A stretch of 64,000 nucleotides of DNA from Schmidtea polychroa (taxonomy: Eukaryota), in the NCBI GenBank assembly GCA_044892525.1, contig CM097886.1, positions 134,912,001-134,976,000 on the forward strand, read 5' to 3'. Shown here piece by piece: positions 51,154 to 62,080 of the stretch; within the stretch, counting starts at the first letter, position 1, and each line of letters begins with the position of its first letter. A model generated the notes under the pieces. It was not told the DNA's origin. It saw nothing but the letters and a program-made list of their open reading frames with translations, and did not search any database. Position numbers and translations under genes: made by a program.

Positions 51154-52246
51154 TGTTAGGGATAGGCCTGGAGCCTTGATGATAAAATAAATAAAAATTA
51201 CTAAAATTAGAATTAGTGTGAATAAAAACAATAAAGAATTACCTAAAATAAAGTTTAGACATATTTAAATACTATAAATAATAAATAATCTATAATTGGT
51301 AACAACTAGTGTTACTAATACTATATAATATATATACAATATAATATATAATATATATATAATATATAGTATATATAGTAATTATAAAATTACTATTAAT
51401 ATAATAAATAATTATAATATAATATAAATACTGGTTCAAAACGAGAACCAGGAGGAAGGCAGAAATTTTGGAGAAAATCATTCCAAAAATAATCTAACTA
51501 CTAGTGCGAAAAAACGTGATTAAAGAAAATCTTAATTAACGCAATAAGAGAATTCAACTCAAGTTTCGATCAGTTAAATTAAATACGAAGAATTCAACTC
51601 AAGTTTCGATCAGTTAAATTAAATACGAAGAATCCAACTCAGATTTCGATCAAATTTCAATCATTTGAATTTAATATAAATTCGGTTAGAGCAATTCAGA
51701 ATCAGAGAGAGAGAAGAAATTAAATTCGGTTAGAGCAGATCTGTGAGAAAATTTCAAGCGTATTAGTGTTTAAGGAAGAACAGTTTCAATTTATAGTTAT
51801 TTTCAAAAAAAAGGTAAAATTATTGATTTGAGGGATAAAGTATTATCCTGTTGAAAGTAAATAAAGCGAATACAAAGTATTGATATCTTACTTTAGTATT
51901 CCCTGGGAGCCCCAAAATCATTCCCTCTTGCTTGCCCAACTCTTTTATCTACTTTGCGATCGTTGTGCTACACAGGATCCATCGATCTCTTGCAGGCTGA
52001 GATAAACAGCAGGGATTAATAAATCCGTTATCTTATATCTCTGTACAATAATTGTAAATTATTATTTTGTAAATTATCAAATAAAAGCTTCATAAAAAGA
52101 AAGGAGTTGTTCTTAATTCATTAATCTTATACGCTCAACCACATTAAAGATAATATATTTATACTTATTTTTATTTATCTATTTATTTATTCATTTATTG
52201 GAGTCATTGTGTTGAGATCAGTAATCCCCGTTTTTTGATCTTAACA
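51154..52246. mobile_element. Solo LTR of a second family (1093 bp)
   Basis: TGTTAG...TTAACA with a 4-bp TSD TAAC; an internal ~40-bp tandem repeat at ~51550-51650; AATAAA near the 3' part. Confidence 0.8.
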
Positions 52247-52409
52247 TAACTATGTTTTTAATTTTTAACAATATATAACGATCTGAAATTTTATTTAATA
52301 TATATAAAAAAACAAATTGCTAGGGATTAATTTCGATGTCAGGGATACAATATAATTCTTTAAAAAAAATTGTGTTAGGGCTTAATTTCGGAGAAACACT
52401 GTAATATAT

Positions 52410-53714
52410 TGTTGGGTTATTGAGTTGGTGATAAATTTAAATGTTACTCTGACTCCAATCGTGTCTTTGACTGATTCACAAATAACCCTTGACAACAGAA
52501 ATCTTTATTGAGAATCACAATTAAACTTTCACTTTACACCGACAATCAATTCAACACTCTGCTTGGTGACTATACAATGCTTATTACAACACTCAGTGAG
52601 GAATAGCACTTGCGTATAACACCGGATTAAAAGATCACAAATTACTAATTGGTTTATCAACTGGGACTTTGAGCTGGTTGTTTTCTTTGACCTTCTTCAC
52701 AAATTTATTCAAATACTCAAGTAACTTCTTTTCGTTTTATTTTTCAACAAATTCTTTTCTTCAACTCTTCTCCAATAATTATTCTCCACAATCGTTTTCT
52801 TTACAATTATTTTTTACAAATCGTTTATCCAACAACGTTTCGTCCAACGTTGTCTAAAATTTTCAAATAATTTTCTCCCAAGTTTGTCTTCCAAATTATC
52901 TCAATTTCGCTTCACTTTTAGTTTCTCATTTTGTCTAATTTTGTCTCTGATAGTTTCTCTTTATATAGCTTGCTTATATTGTGGCACTCAAGATATCAAA
53001 TGTTTTCCCACTTTCTTTCTCCTGCCTTCCCCGACTCTCCTGATCCTTCAATATCGATTTTTAAAGGGTCTTTAATTAATATTAGCACTCTTTAAATCGT
53101 CAAATTTTGGTTTTTCAGATTCAAAACACTTTCAATTGTAAACTGGATTGATTTAATCTTTATCTTAACCAAGTCAGGTCCATGAACATTTTTCCAATAA
53201 TTTTCTCCCAAGTTTGTCTTCCAAATTGTCTCAATTTCGCGTCACTTTTAGTCTCTCATTTTGTCTAATTTTGTCTCTGATAGTTTCTCTTTATATAGCT
53301 TGCTTATATTGTGGCACTCAAGATAATCAAGTGTTTTTCCACTTTCTTTCTCCTGCCTTCCCCGACTATTCCATTTTTATCTCTGACGGCTGTCAAAATA
53401 GTTTCCCTTTTTCTTTTTTTATTCAACCGCCTTCTCCCAGCAATTATGCTATCACTTGCAAGCTGTCGGGATAAGAATATTGTTGTTTTCCTTTTTTCCC
53501 GATTTCAAAATTCCTTTTCCTTTTTGTATTAATTAATTAGGACTGACCTTTGTTTTTATTTTCTTGTTTAATTTCTTTTGTTTCCTTCCTCTTTCTCATT
53601 TCTTTTTACTTCCGTTTTCTTTTCTGAGTTCCTCTAGATCGTTCCATTTGTCATGACGATCTTCCCCCAGGTAATTTTATTTATTTATAAATTGTTATTT
53701 AGGTATCCTCAACA
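52410..53714. mobile_element. Solo LTR C with an internal duplication and a captured host-gene fragment
   Basis: TGTTGGG...CCTCAACA with a 4-bp TSD ATAT; ~52860-53036 repeated at ~53190-53366 around 53038-53189. Confidence 0.88.
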
Positions 53715-54907
53715 ATATTTCAAAATTTATAATTGTGATTACTCAATATTTTATTATAAGGTTTTCCGAATATTAGTGTGACCTTAACATTTATTAATGT
53801 TTTCATTGAATAGCGTTAATTTCTAATATAGTAGAGCTTTATTTTAATTTTATTATGTTCATTTTATTTATTAATATATATTCTTGTTTGCATGGAATAA
53901 TAACGTCTATAATAAAGATCTGTGTGTCAAACTAATGAATGATTTAAGATTTCTGTCAAATTATTTTTTTCAGATTATGAATGACAAAATTTGGTAATTT
54001 TTTTTAATTTTTGATAATAAGTTTTAATTATTTTTAATTAATATTTGATGTTTTATTATTATTCGCCATATATTTTCGTTTTATTTCTGCATTTTGGATA
54101 AAATTAGCGAATAATCACAAAATTGCGATTTTATATTTTACATTAGTTTTTTAAAGTTTATCTTTCCAAATTTGTAAATTGTAAAGTTAAATGAATTTTT
54201 TGGTATTCATAATAATCACTTAAAATGCAATTCGTCTTTATCATTTAGGGTGTTTTTTTTATTTACTCGAAAGTTCTAGAATAGTAATGTTGAATTCAGT
54301 AGAGCTTTTGGGATTAGATTTAAAAGTTTTATGTATAATAAATCTTCAAAATAATGTTCGAATTTCATATTTTCAAATCAACTTATACTTCTAGCAAATT
54401 GTTCTTAAGTTGATTTGGTCCTTTTATTTGACAATGAGCACTTTCATTAATGATAGATGTTAATTTTAATTCAAAATCGGAAATATATGCAATATCTGGA
54501 ATAGATTGTTTATATGGTACATGCGGACAAACAACTATTAAACCACAAGATTGACATTTTTTCCCATAAGAAGGGTATGGGTAGAGATATGGGAGCTACT
54601 CTCTACCTACTTATAGGAATAAAATATTATAAGCAAAATTATAACAATATCATAAATTCTTGGGGGTAACTTGTTACAAAAAGAATTATTCAAAAAAATA
54701 GATTATTCTTTATAAATTCTTATAAAGAAAAGTTCCTATATAAATGTTTCCTGCATTAGGACTTGGTTGCAGAAAAGTTAATTAAAAGTCTAATTAATCT
54801 TCCCTGATTGATATTAAATTTTAAAATTCCTAAAAAATAACCGAATCGTAAATTTTCAGCAATAAATATCCAAATTTCATATATTAAAACACATAATGGG
54901 AGTTTTA

Positions 54908-55588
54908 TTAAGTTTTCTTTAAAAATTCCACAAGGCCATACTCTTGTAAAGTTTTTTGGAATACAATAACAAGACCGTCGATTTTATTTTGAAAATAAAC
55001 TTTTAAATCTTTACCCAAACCATCTGCAATTGTTGGAATCATAATACTGTTGAGAAACCACACGACCCATGATTTCCATCTGGCAAAGAATCCTGATCCT
55101 TCAATATCGATTTTTAAAGGGTCTTTAATTAATATTAGCACTCTTTCAATCGTCAAATTTTGGTTTTCCAGATTCAAAACACTTTCAATTGTAAATTGGA
55201 TTGATTTAATCTTTATCTTAACCAAGTCAGGTCCATGAACATGAGACCAAAACCTATAACTGATCGTGCCAGTGAATGATAAATTTACCGCTTGAAAACA
55301 CAACGACATAGCAATATCCTCGGAAGAATTCGTTATATTTTCATTTTTAACAATCACTGGGCAAACACGTTGAATTTGATGAAAATCATCAGTTCTAATA
55401 TTCGTCAGATTCAAAGAGGAACTACTATAATCGGAAAAGGTTTTATTTTCAAGACCGGAAGTGATTTTATCAAAAACATAATCGGCAACAAACCCAAAAA
55501 AATCACGACAATTTTCAGGTGGTCTGCATTCAACTGCCGTACAAAGATTTAGTATAATAAGTAACGCATTTGCGAAGAGTAAAAACAT
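54908..55588 (-). CDS. Single-exon secreted 226-aa protein, possibly a BPI/LBP/TULIP-fold lipid-binding domain
   Basis: Hydrophobic signal-like N-terminus MFLLFANALLIILNLCTAVEC; several NxS/T sites; beta-strand-like middle and amphipathic C-terminal helix. The fold assignment is inference. Confidence 0.7.
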   Translation of the reverse strand: MFLLFANALLIILNLCTAVECRPPENCRDFFGFVADYVFDKITSGLENKTFSDYSSSSLNLTNIRTDDFHQIQRVCPVIVKNENITNSSEDIAMSLCFQAVNLSFTGTISYRFWSHVHGPDLVKIKIKSIQFTIESVLNLENQNLTIERVLILIKDPLKIDIEGSGFFARWKSWVVWFLNSIMIPTIADGLGKDLKVYFQNKIDGLVIVFQKTLQEYGLVEFLKKT

Positions 55589-56224
55589 TCCAAAATGAAA
55601 TTACATGACATCATAAACAAATATCATAAAGTTTACTTCCGGAGTTAACGTTTACAGATATCAAGGTCATGGAATANNNNNNNNNNNNNNNNNNNNNNNN
55701 NNNNNNNNNNNNNNNNNNNNNNNNNNNNNNNNNNNNNNNNNNNNNNNNNNNNNNNNNNNNNNNNNNNNNNNNNNNNNNNNNNNNNNNNNNNNNNNNNNNN
55801 NNNNNNNNNNNNNNNNNNNNNNNNNNNNNNNNNNATTTTATTTATATAAATAAAATATACTTTTGCCATATATTTCTACAGTTCGGCTATCATCATCACA
55901 CTAAACAACTTCAATAAAAATGATTATACTTATAAGTTTATTAGTGAATACATAATTATATATACTGTATTGATTAATTCCTAAGAAAATCAATTAAAAA
56001 CTCAAAATGTAAAATTGTAGATCAAATAATTTAATCATCAAGACCTCACAAGTGATGTGTTCCTAATAGTTTTTGATAATGGTACTAGTTTATATACATC
56101 ACCTGAAAGTTTTTATTAATTTAAATATAAAAAAAATATGATAAATGTTTTGGTCTTGGACATTACCATCTACTTATTGTAAATATATTAATAATATATT
56201 TTAATAGGTATTTTAAGTCTTTCC

Positions 56225-56870
56225 CAGTGACGTCACAAAGGGGTGCGGACCGCACCAAGTGACACCAAAATGCAAAATATCACTGTCTATGATTCTATGC
56301 CACTCCATGAAATTATTCTTATGCATTGTTCAAGTTGAAGACTAAGGGTGTAACTTTTGACAAGGTGATAATAAAGCTAGAGACGCTTAGAATTTTACGT
56401 ACGGGCAGTGTGATGAACTTGCGAAGCAGGCAATTAAACAGGCGTTTTTAAAATCAGATCAATATGGAATTTCAGTAAAGAGAAGATCCAGGTTCAAGAA
56501 GAGGATGACAGGTGAGAAGAAAAAAGATGTTGGACTAACTCTGAAAGAAGAAAACAAAAGAGCGATGCTTGAGTGTATTGATCGTTTTCATCCGGAACTC
56601 CAGATCAGATCAAAAGCTTTCAAGGAAGTCGCAGCCATGTTTGAGCTGTTCAAGCCAAGAGGTGGATATCTGAAGAAGAGTTACTAGTGTCCATTCTAAA
56701 ATTGACCACTTTCTATGCTGAGTTATCAGAGGAAGAGCTTTTATTAGAAATACCAAGGCTGAGAAGGCATCTGAAGGCAGCAGAGATTGACGAGGCCAAA
56801 TACTGGTCAGTACTTAGCGTTTTGAAATTCATACCTGAAAAAGAAGTAACATATTTTATATGTAGTTCTT
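56225..56870 (+). mobile_element. Internally deleted hAT remnant
   Basis: Starts CAGTGACGTCAC; transposase fragments KRRSRFKKRMTGEKKKDVGLTLKEENKRAMLECIDRF and ELLLEIPRLRRHL. Confidence 0.7.
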
Positions 56871-58013
56871 AGTTCTTAACTTCTTACATCGTTTACCAAT
56901 TGACCTTGAATTAATATTTTCTTCTAGTGCCTTTAATCAGATGATAAATATAGGACCCTAATTTAAGAACGTTACTAAAAATTCTGTATGCTTCCGTTAT
57001 TTGGAACTAGCGGACTAGGAAGAGGTATATGGGGTGTCGTGACGGTAGTTACACCAACGCCAATGACGCCACTTGTCTTTCCTACAACGAATGGTGTGTG
57101 AAATTGTTGTTAAGCGTGCTAATAAGCTGAATACGACTGATAACATAACTCCACATGGTGTTAATCAGATTAACCCTTTCCTGACTGAATTAAGAGTTGA
57201 AAATGGCGTCCTAAAATCACTTGTTGTATCTTTCAAATAACAAAAACAATAAAATATTTGGTAAAAGGCGGGATTAAATGATTTTAGATTAAAAGTACAG
57301 ATCTTCCTTATCGATCATAAATAAAAATATTATACCTACCAGTTCATAGATGTCTATACCTGTATGAAATATATCATGAGTCCATATGGCATCATTAGCC
57401 AGGAAAGGGTTGATATGAAAAGTAATGTGATGGATATGATTGATAATAAGAGAAATGAGAGTAATTTGTCTCAATTTTACTTGAAAACAAAACGTGTCAA
57501 TTAAACTTTTATTAAATAAAATTTACCGATTACACTGCTATCTAATCAAGTTTTTAAATTTTTATAAATTTTGGTGCTTACAGTTGAATTCTGTGTAAGT
57601 GCGCACTATACACCAAACACCACTGAGAACCGTTTACTATAATATAACAAAATAATCAATAATCTTACATTATAGAAACATACATACTTACTTTGATTTC
57701 ACGTTGATGTTCTCATTTAGAGTGCAGTCAGATACATCTTATACACTATAGAAATATACTATAGAAATCTGAAAAGTGGAAGAAAAATTAGAAACTGCAC
57801 ACAAACACAACACATACTAAAAACANNNNNNNNNNNNNNNNNNNNNNNNNNNNNNNNNNNNNNNNNNNNNNNNNNNNNNNNNNNNNNNNNNNNNNNNNNN
57901 NNNNNNNNNNNNNNNNNNNNNNNNNNNNNNNNNNNNNNNNNNNNNNNNNNNNNNNNNNNNNNNNNNNNNNNNNNNNNNNNNNNNNNNNNNNNNNNNNNNN
58001 NNNNNNNNNNNAT

Positions 58014-58898
58014 TTATTTCAGTTTCAAATGACGCTTTTCAAAATATATATTTACCATTTCTGCATTCCACCGGTCTGCTTCATTTTTGACAAAAACATT
58101 TTCAATTATAGGATAAACGTCTTTGATAAGGATCATTTTCTTGATTAATTTTGCTAACTTAAAAAGTTTGAAATAAGTTTTGACAATATATTTCATTACT
58201 TCCTGTTGGGTTGGATAGTAAATGTTAATAATATTATAATATAACGACTCACGGTGATTAAAGTCTGGAAATTCAAAGGGGTTTATTCCCACTAATAAAT
58301 AAAATATCACTACAGTAGCACTCCATAAATCTGTTGAGTATGACTGCCTCAGTCCTAGAATTACTTCGGGGGACGAAAAAAGGGGAGTTCCAGTTTTTGT
58401 CGTTAGTGCCTTACTTTGGGGAGCATATTCTTCTGACAAACCAAAATCTATAATTTTTATGTTCATCAATTTCGGATCTTTGCTTGTACATAAAATATTA
58501 TCAACCTTTATATCTCGGTGAACAATTCTTTTCTTTTTCATATACAATAAGGCATCCATTATTTGACCACAAATCCTCTTAAAATTCAAACTTTTGAGAT
58601 GATTTTCAAATTCCGTGAAATATTTCAATGTCACGGGTAAGTAGTCCATTGCCAAAACGAAGCCGTCTCGAAATTCGTCCTGGAATAATTTATGAATAAA
58701 TAAGTTGCAATTTTTGACTTTGTTAACAAATCGTATTTCTTTTTCCCAATCTGTGTGTTCAGCGTGCAAACGTTTGATGGCAATATTTGAACGCCTTCGA
58801 ATGTCATACATTTTATATACGGATGAGAATTGAGTTTCCCAAATCAGCTCGGCATTTCCAAAAAAGTCTTCAAAATTTTGGTTCGAAAATATTGTCAT
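58014..58898 (-). CDS. Single-exon Ser/Thr protein kinase (CAMK-like), 294 aa
   Basis: IAIKRL, HRDIKVDNIL, IIDFGLSE, GTPLFSSPE and DLWSA motifs; ATG to TAA intact. Confidence 0.92.
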   Translation of the reverse strand: MTIFSNQNFEDFFGNAELIWETQFSSVYKMYDIRRRSNIAIKRLHAEHTDWEKEIRFVNKVKNCNLFIHKLFQDEFRDGFVLAMDYLPVTLKYFTEFENHLKSLNFKRICGQIMDALLYMKKKRIVHRDIKVDNILCTSKDPKLMNIKIIDFGLSEEYAPQSKALTTKTGTPLFSSPEVILGLRQSYSTDLWSATVVIFYLLVGINPFEFPDFNHRESLYYNIINIYYPTQQEVMKYIVKTYFKLFKLAKLIKKMILIKDVYPIIENVFVKNEADRWNAEMVNIYFEKRHLKLK

Positions 58899-59409
58899 TT
58901 TTTACGATACAAATGAAAAATTAAAAGATCTAATCATTATATAAGATTTTATGATGTAATGGATCCCAAATTTAGCGGAAATTAAAATATTGCATTTCTA
59001 GCCTATTTCATACGTCACTAGTTCCATTGCTAACACATTCGTTGCCTTTGCAAAATTCATAAATTGTCAATGTGTCATTAGTGGCTCATATCGCATTGAA
59101 GGAGATAAAGGCCGTGCCGAAATTTTGTGGTTACATTTCATTTATTGATCCATTCTTTAAAATAAATTTAAATCACACCAAGCGTTTGTTTTTTTTGGTT
59201 TTCGAGATTTTGAAATAAATTTTAATTTCTCTCATAAAAATATTTAAATGTTATAGTCTTGTTGAAAAAATAAAAAAGCGGGTCATAGAGTTTTAAGTCA
59301 AAGTGAAAATATGATTATAGTATTGTTTCCCAAAGTGAGTCATGTGGCCCCTAAAGAGGGCACAGAAAGATTTTCAAAAAAATTAATATATTTTAATTTT
59401 CACATATTT

Positions 59410-60592
59410 TACGTAGTTCGTTCAATAATGCATTGGACTAACTAAGAAAGAAACACAACACAAAAAACTGTAACAACTTTTATTGAACTACAGCAAATAC
59501 TAGTTCGTAAAATAAATTTAATTATTTTTCAATATAACTACCATTGGCAGCAATCAGCTTATTCAATCGAATAACCAAATCTTGAAGCTGTGCAAACCAC
59601 TGTTCAACAAATTGTTGGAGTGCATCTGATGTCTCAAAATGATAGCCACGTAATGCTTTATTCAGGTTTTTGAAGAAAATAACGTCACCGGAGCAAGGTC
59701 CGTGCTGTAAGGAGGGTGTTGGAAAAGTCTAAAACCACTCTTTTCTGTTGAACATCGTGCAACATTGGTTGCATAGACAGGAGCATTATCAACAAGGAGC
59801 CAAAGTAGAACATTTCTTGATTTCTGTTTTTTTGCACGGCATTCCTCAACCAATTTGGCATAGTATTGAACATTTATTATTTGTCCATTAGGCAAGAAAT
59901 CAAGATGAATGACTGCACTTTTGTCCCAAAATACTGAGAACATCAATTGTTTTCAATATGAAATGCCACTTCTCATCTTTAGAGGAGATTTTTCTTCTAC
60001 ATCTTTCCATTTGGTTTCAGGTAGGTATAATGAAAGAGGTGTCTCGTCCTCAGTAACAATATTATCGATAAATGCATCATCATACTTATTCAACAGTTGT
60101 AAATTTGACAATGTACTGTTGAGACGCATTTTCTTCATGTCAGGAGACAGAAACTTTGGAACAAATCGTGAGCATAATTTGCGATAGCCTTATTTTCCCA
60201 ATGATGTTGTGACAACTGCCAACACTTATTTTAAGTAATTCTACTATTTCACCCACCTTGATTCGTCCTTCAAGTCGAATAATCGCCTCACATTGCGTAA
60301 TTGTTTGATCAGAAATCTAGTTGGTTTGCCAACATTAGATTAATCCTGGTGCTCACTTTCATGGCCATGCTTGAATAATGATATCCAACGATATATTATT
60401 GATCTAGAAGAACATCTGTTGTCATGCAATTTCCATATGACAAAATATTTCATCAGACGACTTCTTTAAAAGCACATAGAATTTTGTCACATTTCTGTGT
60501 TCCACCTTATCCATTTGACAAAAAATGGAATTATAAGTACGTACGTCAGCCAATCAGATCATTTAATTTATGCATATAAACAAACATACGTA
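59410..60592 (-). mobile_element. Degenerate mariner element
   Basis: TEDETPLSLY, VFWDKSAVIHLDFL, LVDNAPVY and HPPYSTDLAP fragments; decayed TACGTA-bounded TIRs. Confidence 0.85.
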
Positions 60593-61545
60593 GAGGTGTT
60601 AAAAACAATTAGTTTGATTGGTTTATTTAAAAACTTGAAGTATGTTAAAATAATGTTAAAATCTTTTAAATAGGTGATCCCGATTCTTTCATAATGGATA
60701 TCATAAAATTTTTATGTCAATTTTTATGGAATAATTTTCTGAATTAATTTTAATTCAGGATTTTATGAAATAAATCTGTAAATAGTAATAATAATAATAA
60801 TAACAATTAATCAAAGAAGGCAAAGTTTCAATAGTTGAAAAATGCCAACTAAGTATATTTATATAACATTGCTATATATTTCCACCGTTTAACAATCGTA
60901 TTAATAACAACTTAATGAAAAGAATATTCAAACAAAACTAATCAATAATAATCGTAACCAATTTATATCAAACTAAAAAATATTTACTTGAAAATAAAAA
61001 CATTTTTAATCATATAAAAATTATTAATTTTGATAACAACTTCATGCGTTCTTTTTAAATAAAAATAATTTTTATATGATTATAAAAATATTTTTATTTT
61101 CATAAAAAAGGAAAATTTTATTAAAATATTTTTTAGTTTTATACAATTTGGCGCTCAGCCATACCCAATACCCTCTGTTGGGAGGTTCCTGTTGTTATGT
61201 GTGTATTATTGAAGTATTAGTTTAATGTATGATTGTGTGTGTAAAAGAAATTGTAAGAGCCCAGCAAAGTCACCAGTAAATAAACTGTTTTGGGACAGCT
61301 GGGGTGAATGTGTGTCGTATGTATGCAATAGGTATGGACCAATAATAATCACAATATAAAAAATAATGAAACGAAACAATAACCTTAACTTTTATTAAAA
61401 TATAAGTAAATCTAAGAACCTTGTTTTTATGAATCAGTAGGAATTTTTACAATGATATACTAATTTTCTTTCAAAAGTCTTCTTCTTGATTCACTTATTA
61501 TTCTCAAGGAAATACGATAGTTGATGATAATCTTTTTGTCTTTAA

Positions 61546-61700
61546 TTATATCTTTGAATAAGTTTTCAATTATATCTTTGAATAAGTTTTCAATTGTAGC
61601 TTTGGATAAGTTTTCAATTATAATTTAGAATAAGTTTTCTATTATATCTTCGAATAAGTTTCCAATTGTATCTTTGAACAAGTTTTCAATTATACTTTAG
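61546..61700. repeat. 24-bp minisatellite, about 6.5 copies
   Basis: Consensus ATTATATCTTTGAATAAGTTTTCA. Confidence 0.9.
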
Positions 61701-62080
61701 TTGCTTTTTAAAAATTTTTTTTATTGATTTTTTTTAATCTTTTCAATTCCATTTTCTATAGCGATAAAAATTATCGCTATATAGTTTTTTTTAAATAAAA
61801 AAACAAATAAATGAAATCTCCTCCACGTGCGACGTGTAAAATTATAATACACTATGTACTAAAACCAACAAAAAAAGAAAAAGATAAAATATAACAATAC
61901 ATTACACCCCCGTTCAATATTGATTTTTGATTTTAAGTAAATTTTAATTAATTTTTTCACTTTTATTGTCATGCTTTCCTTTTATATAGGAATTTTTTGG
62001 TTTTTGCGCTAACCCCAACATAGCAAAATTTACTGAAAAAATTAAAAAAACTCTTCAAGTAAAATTTTTAATATATGTAG

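Noticed and set aside
52669-53532. Hydrophobic short ORFs here and at 45350-45625
   Set aside because: They are pyrimidine-rich LTR sequence with no recognisable protein motif.
56950-57480. Possible minus-strand terminal exons (GKTSGVIGVGVTTVTTPHIPLPSP…)
   Set aside because: A plausible acceptor exists, but there is no homology or linked exon to support a call.
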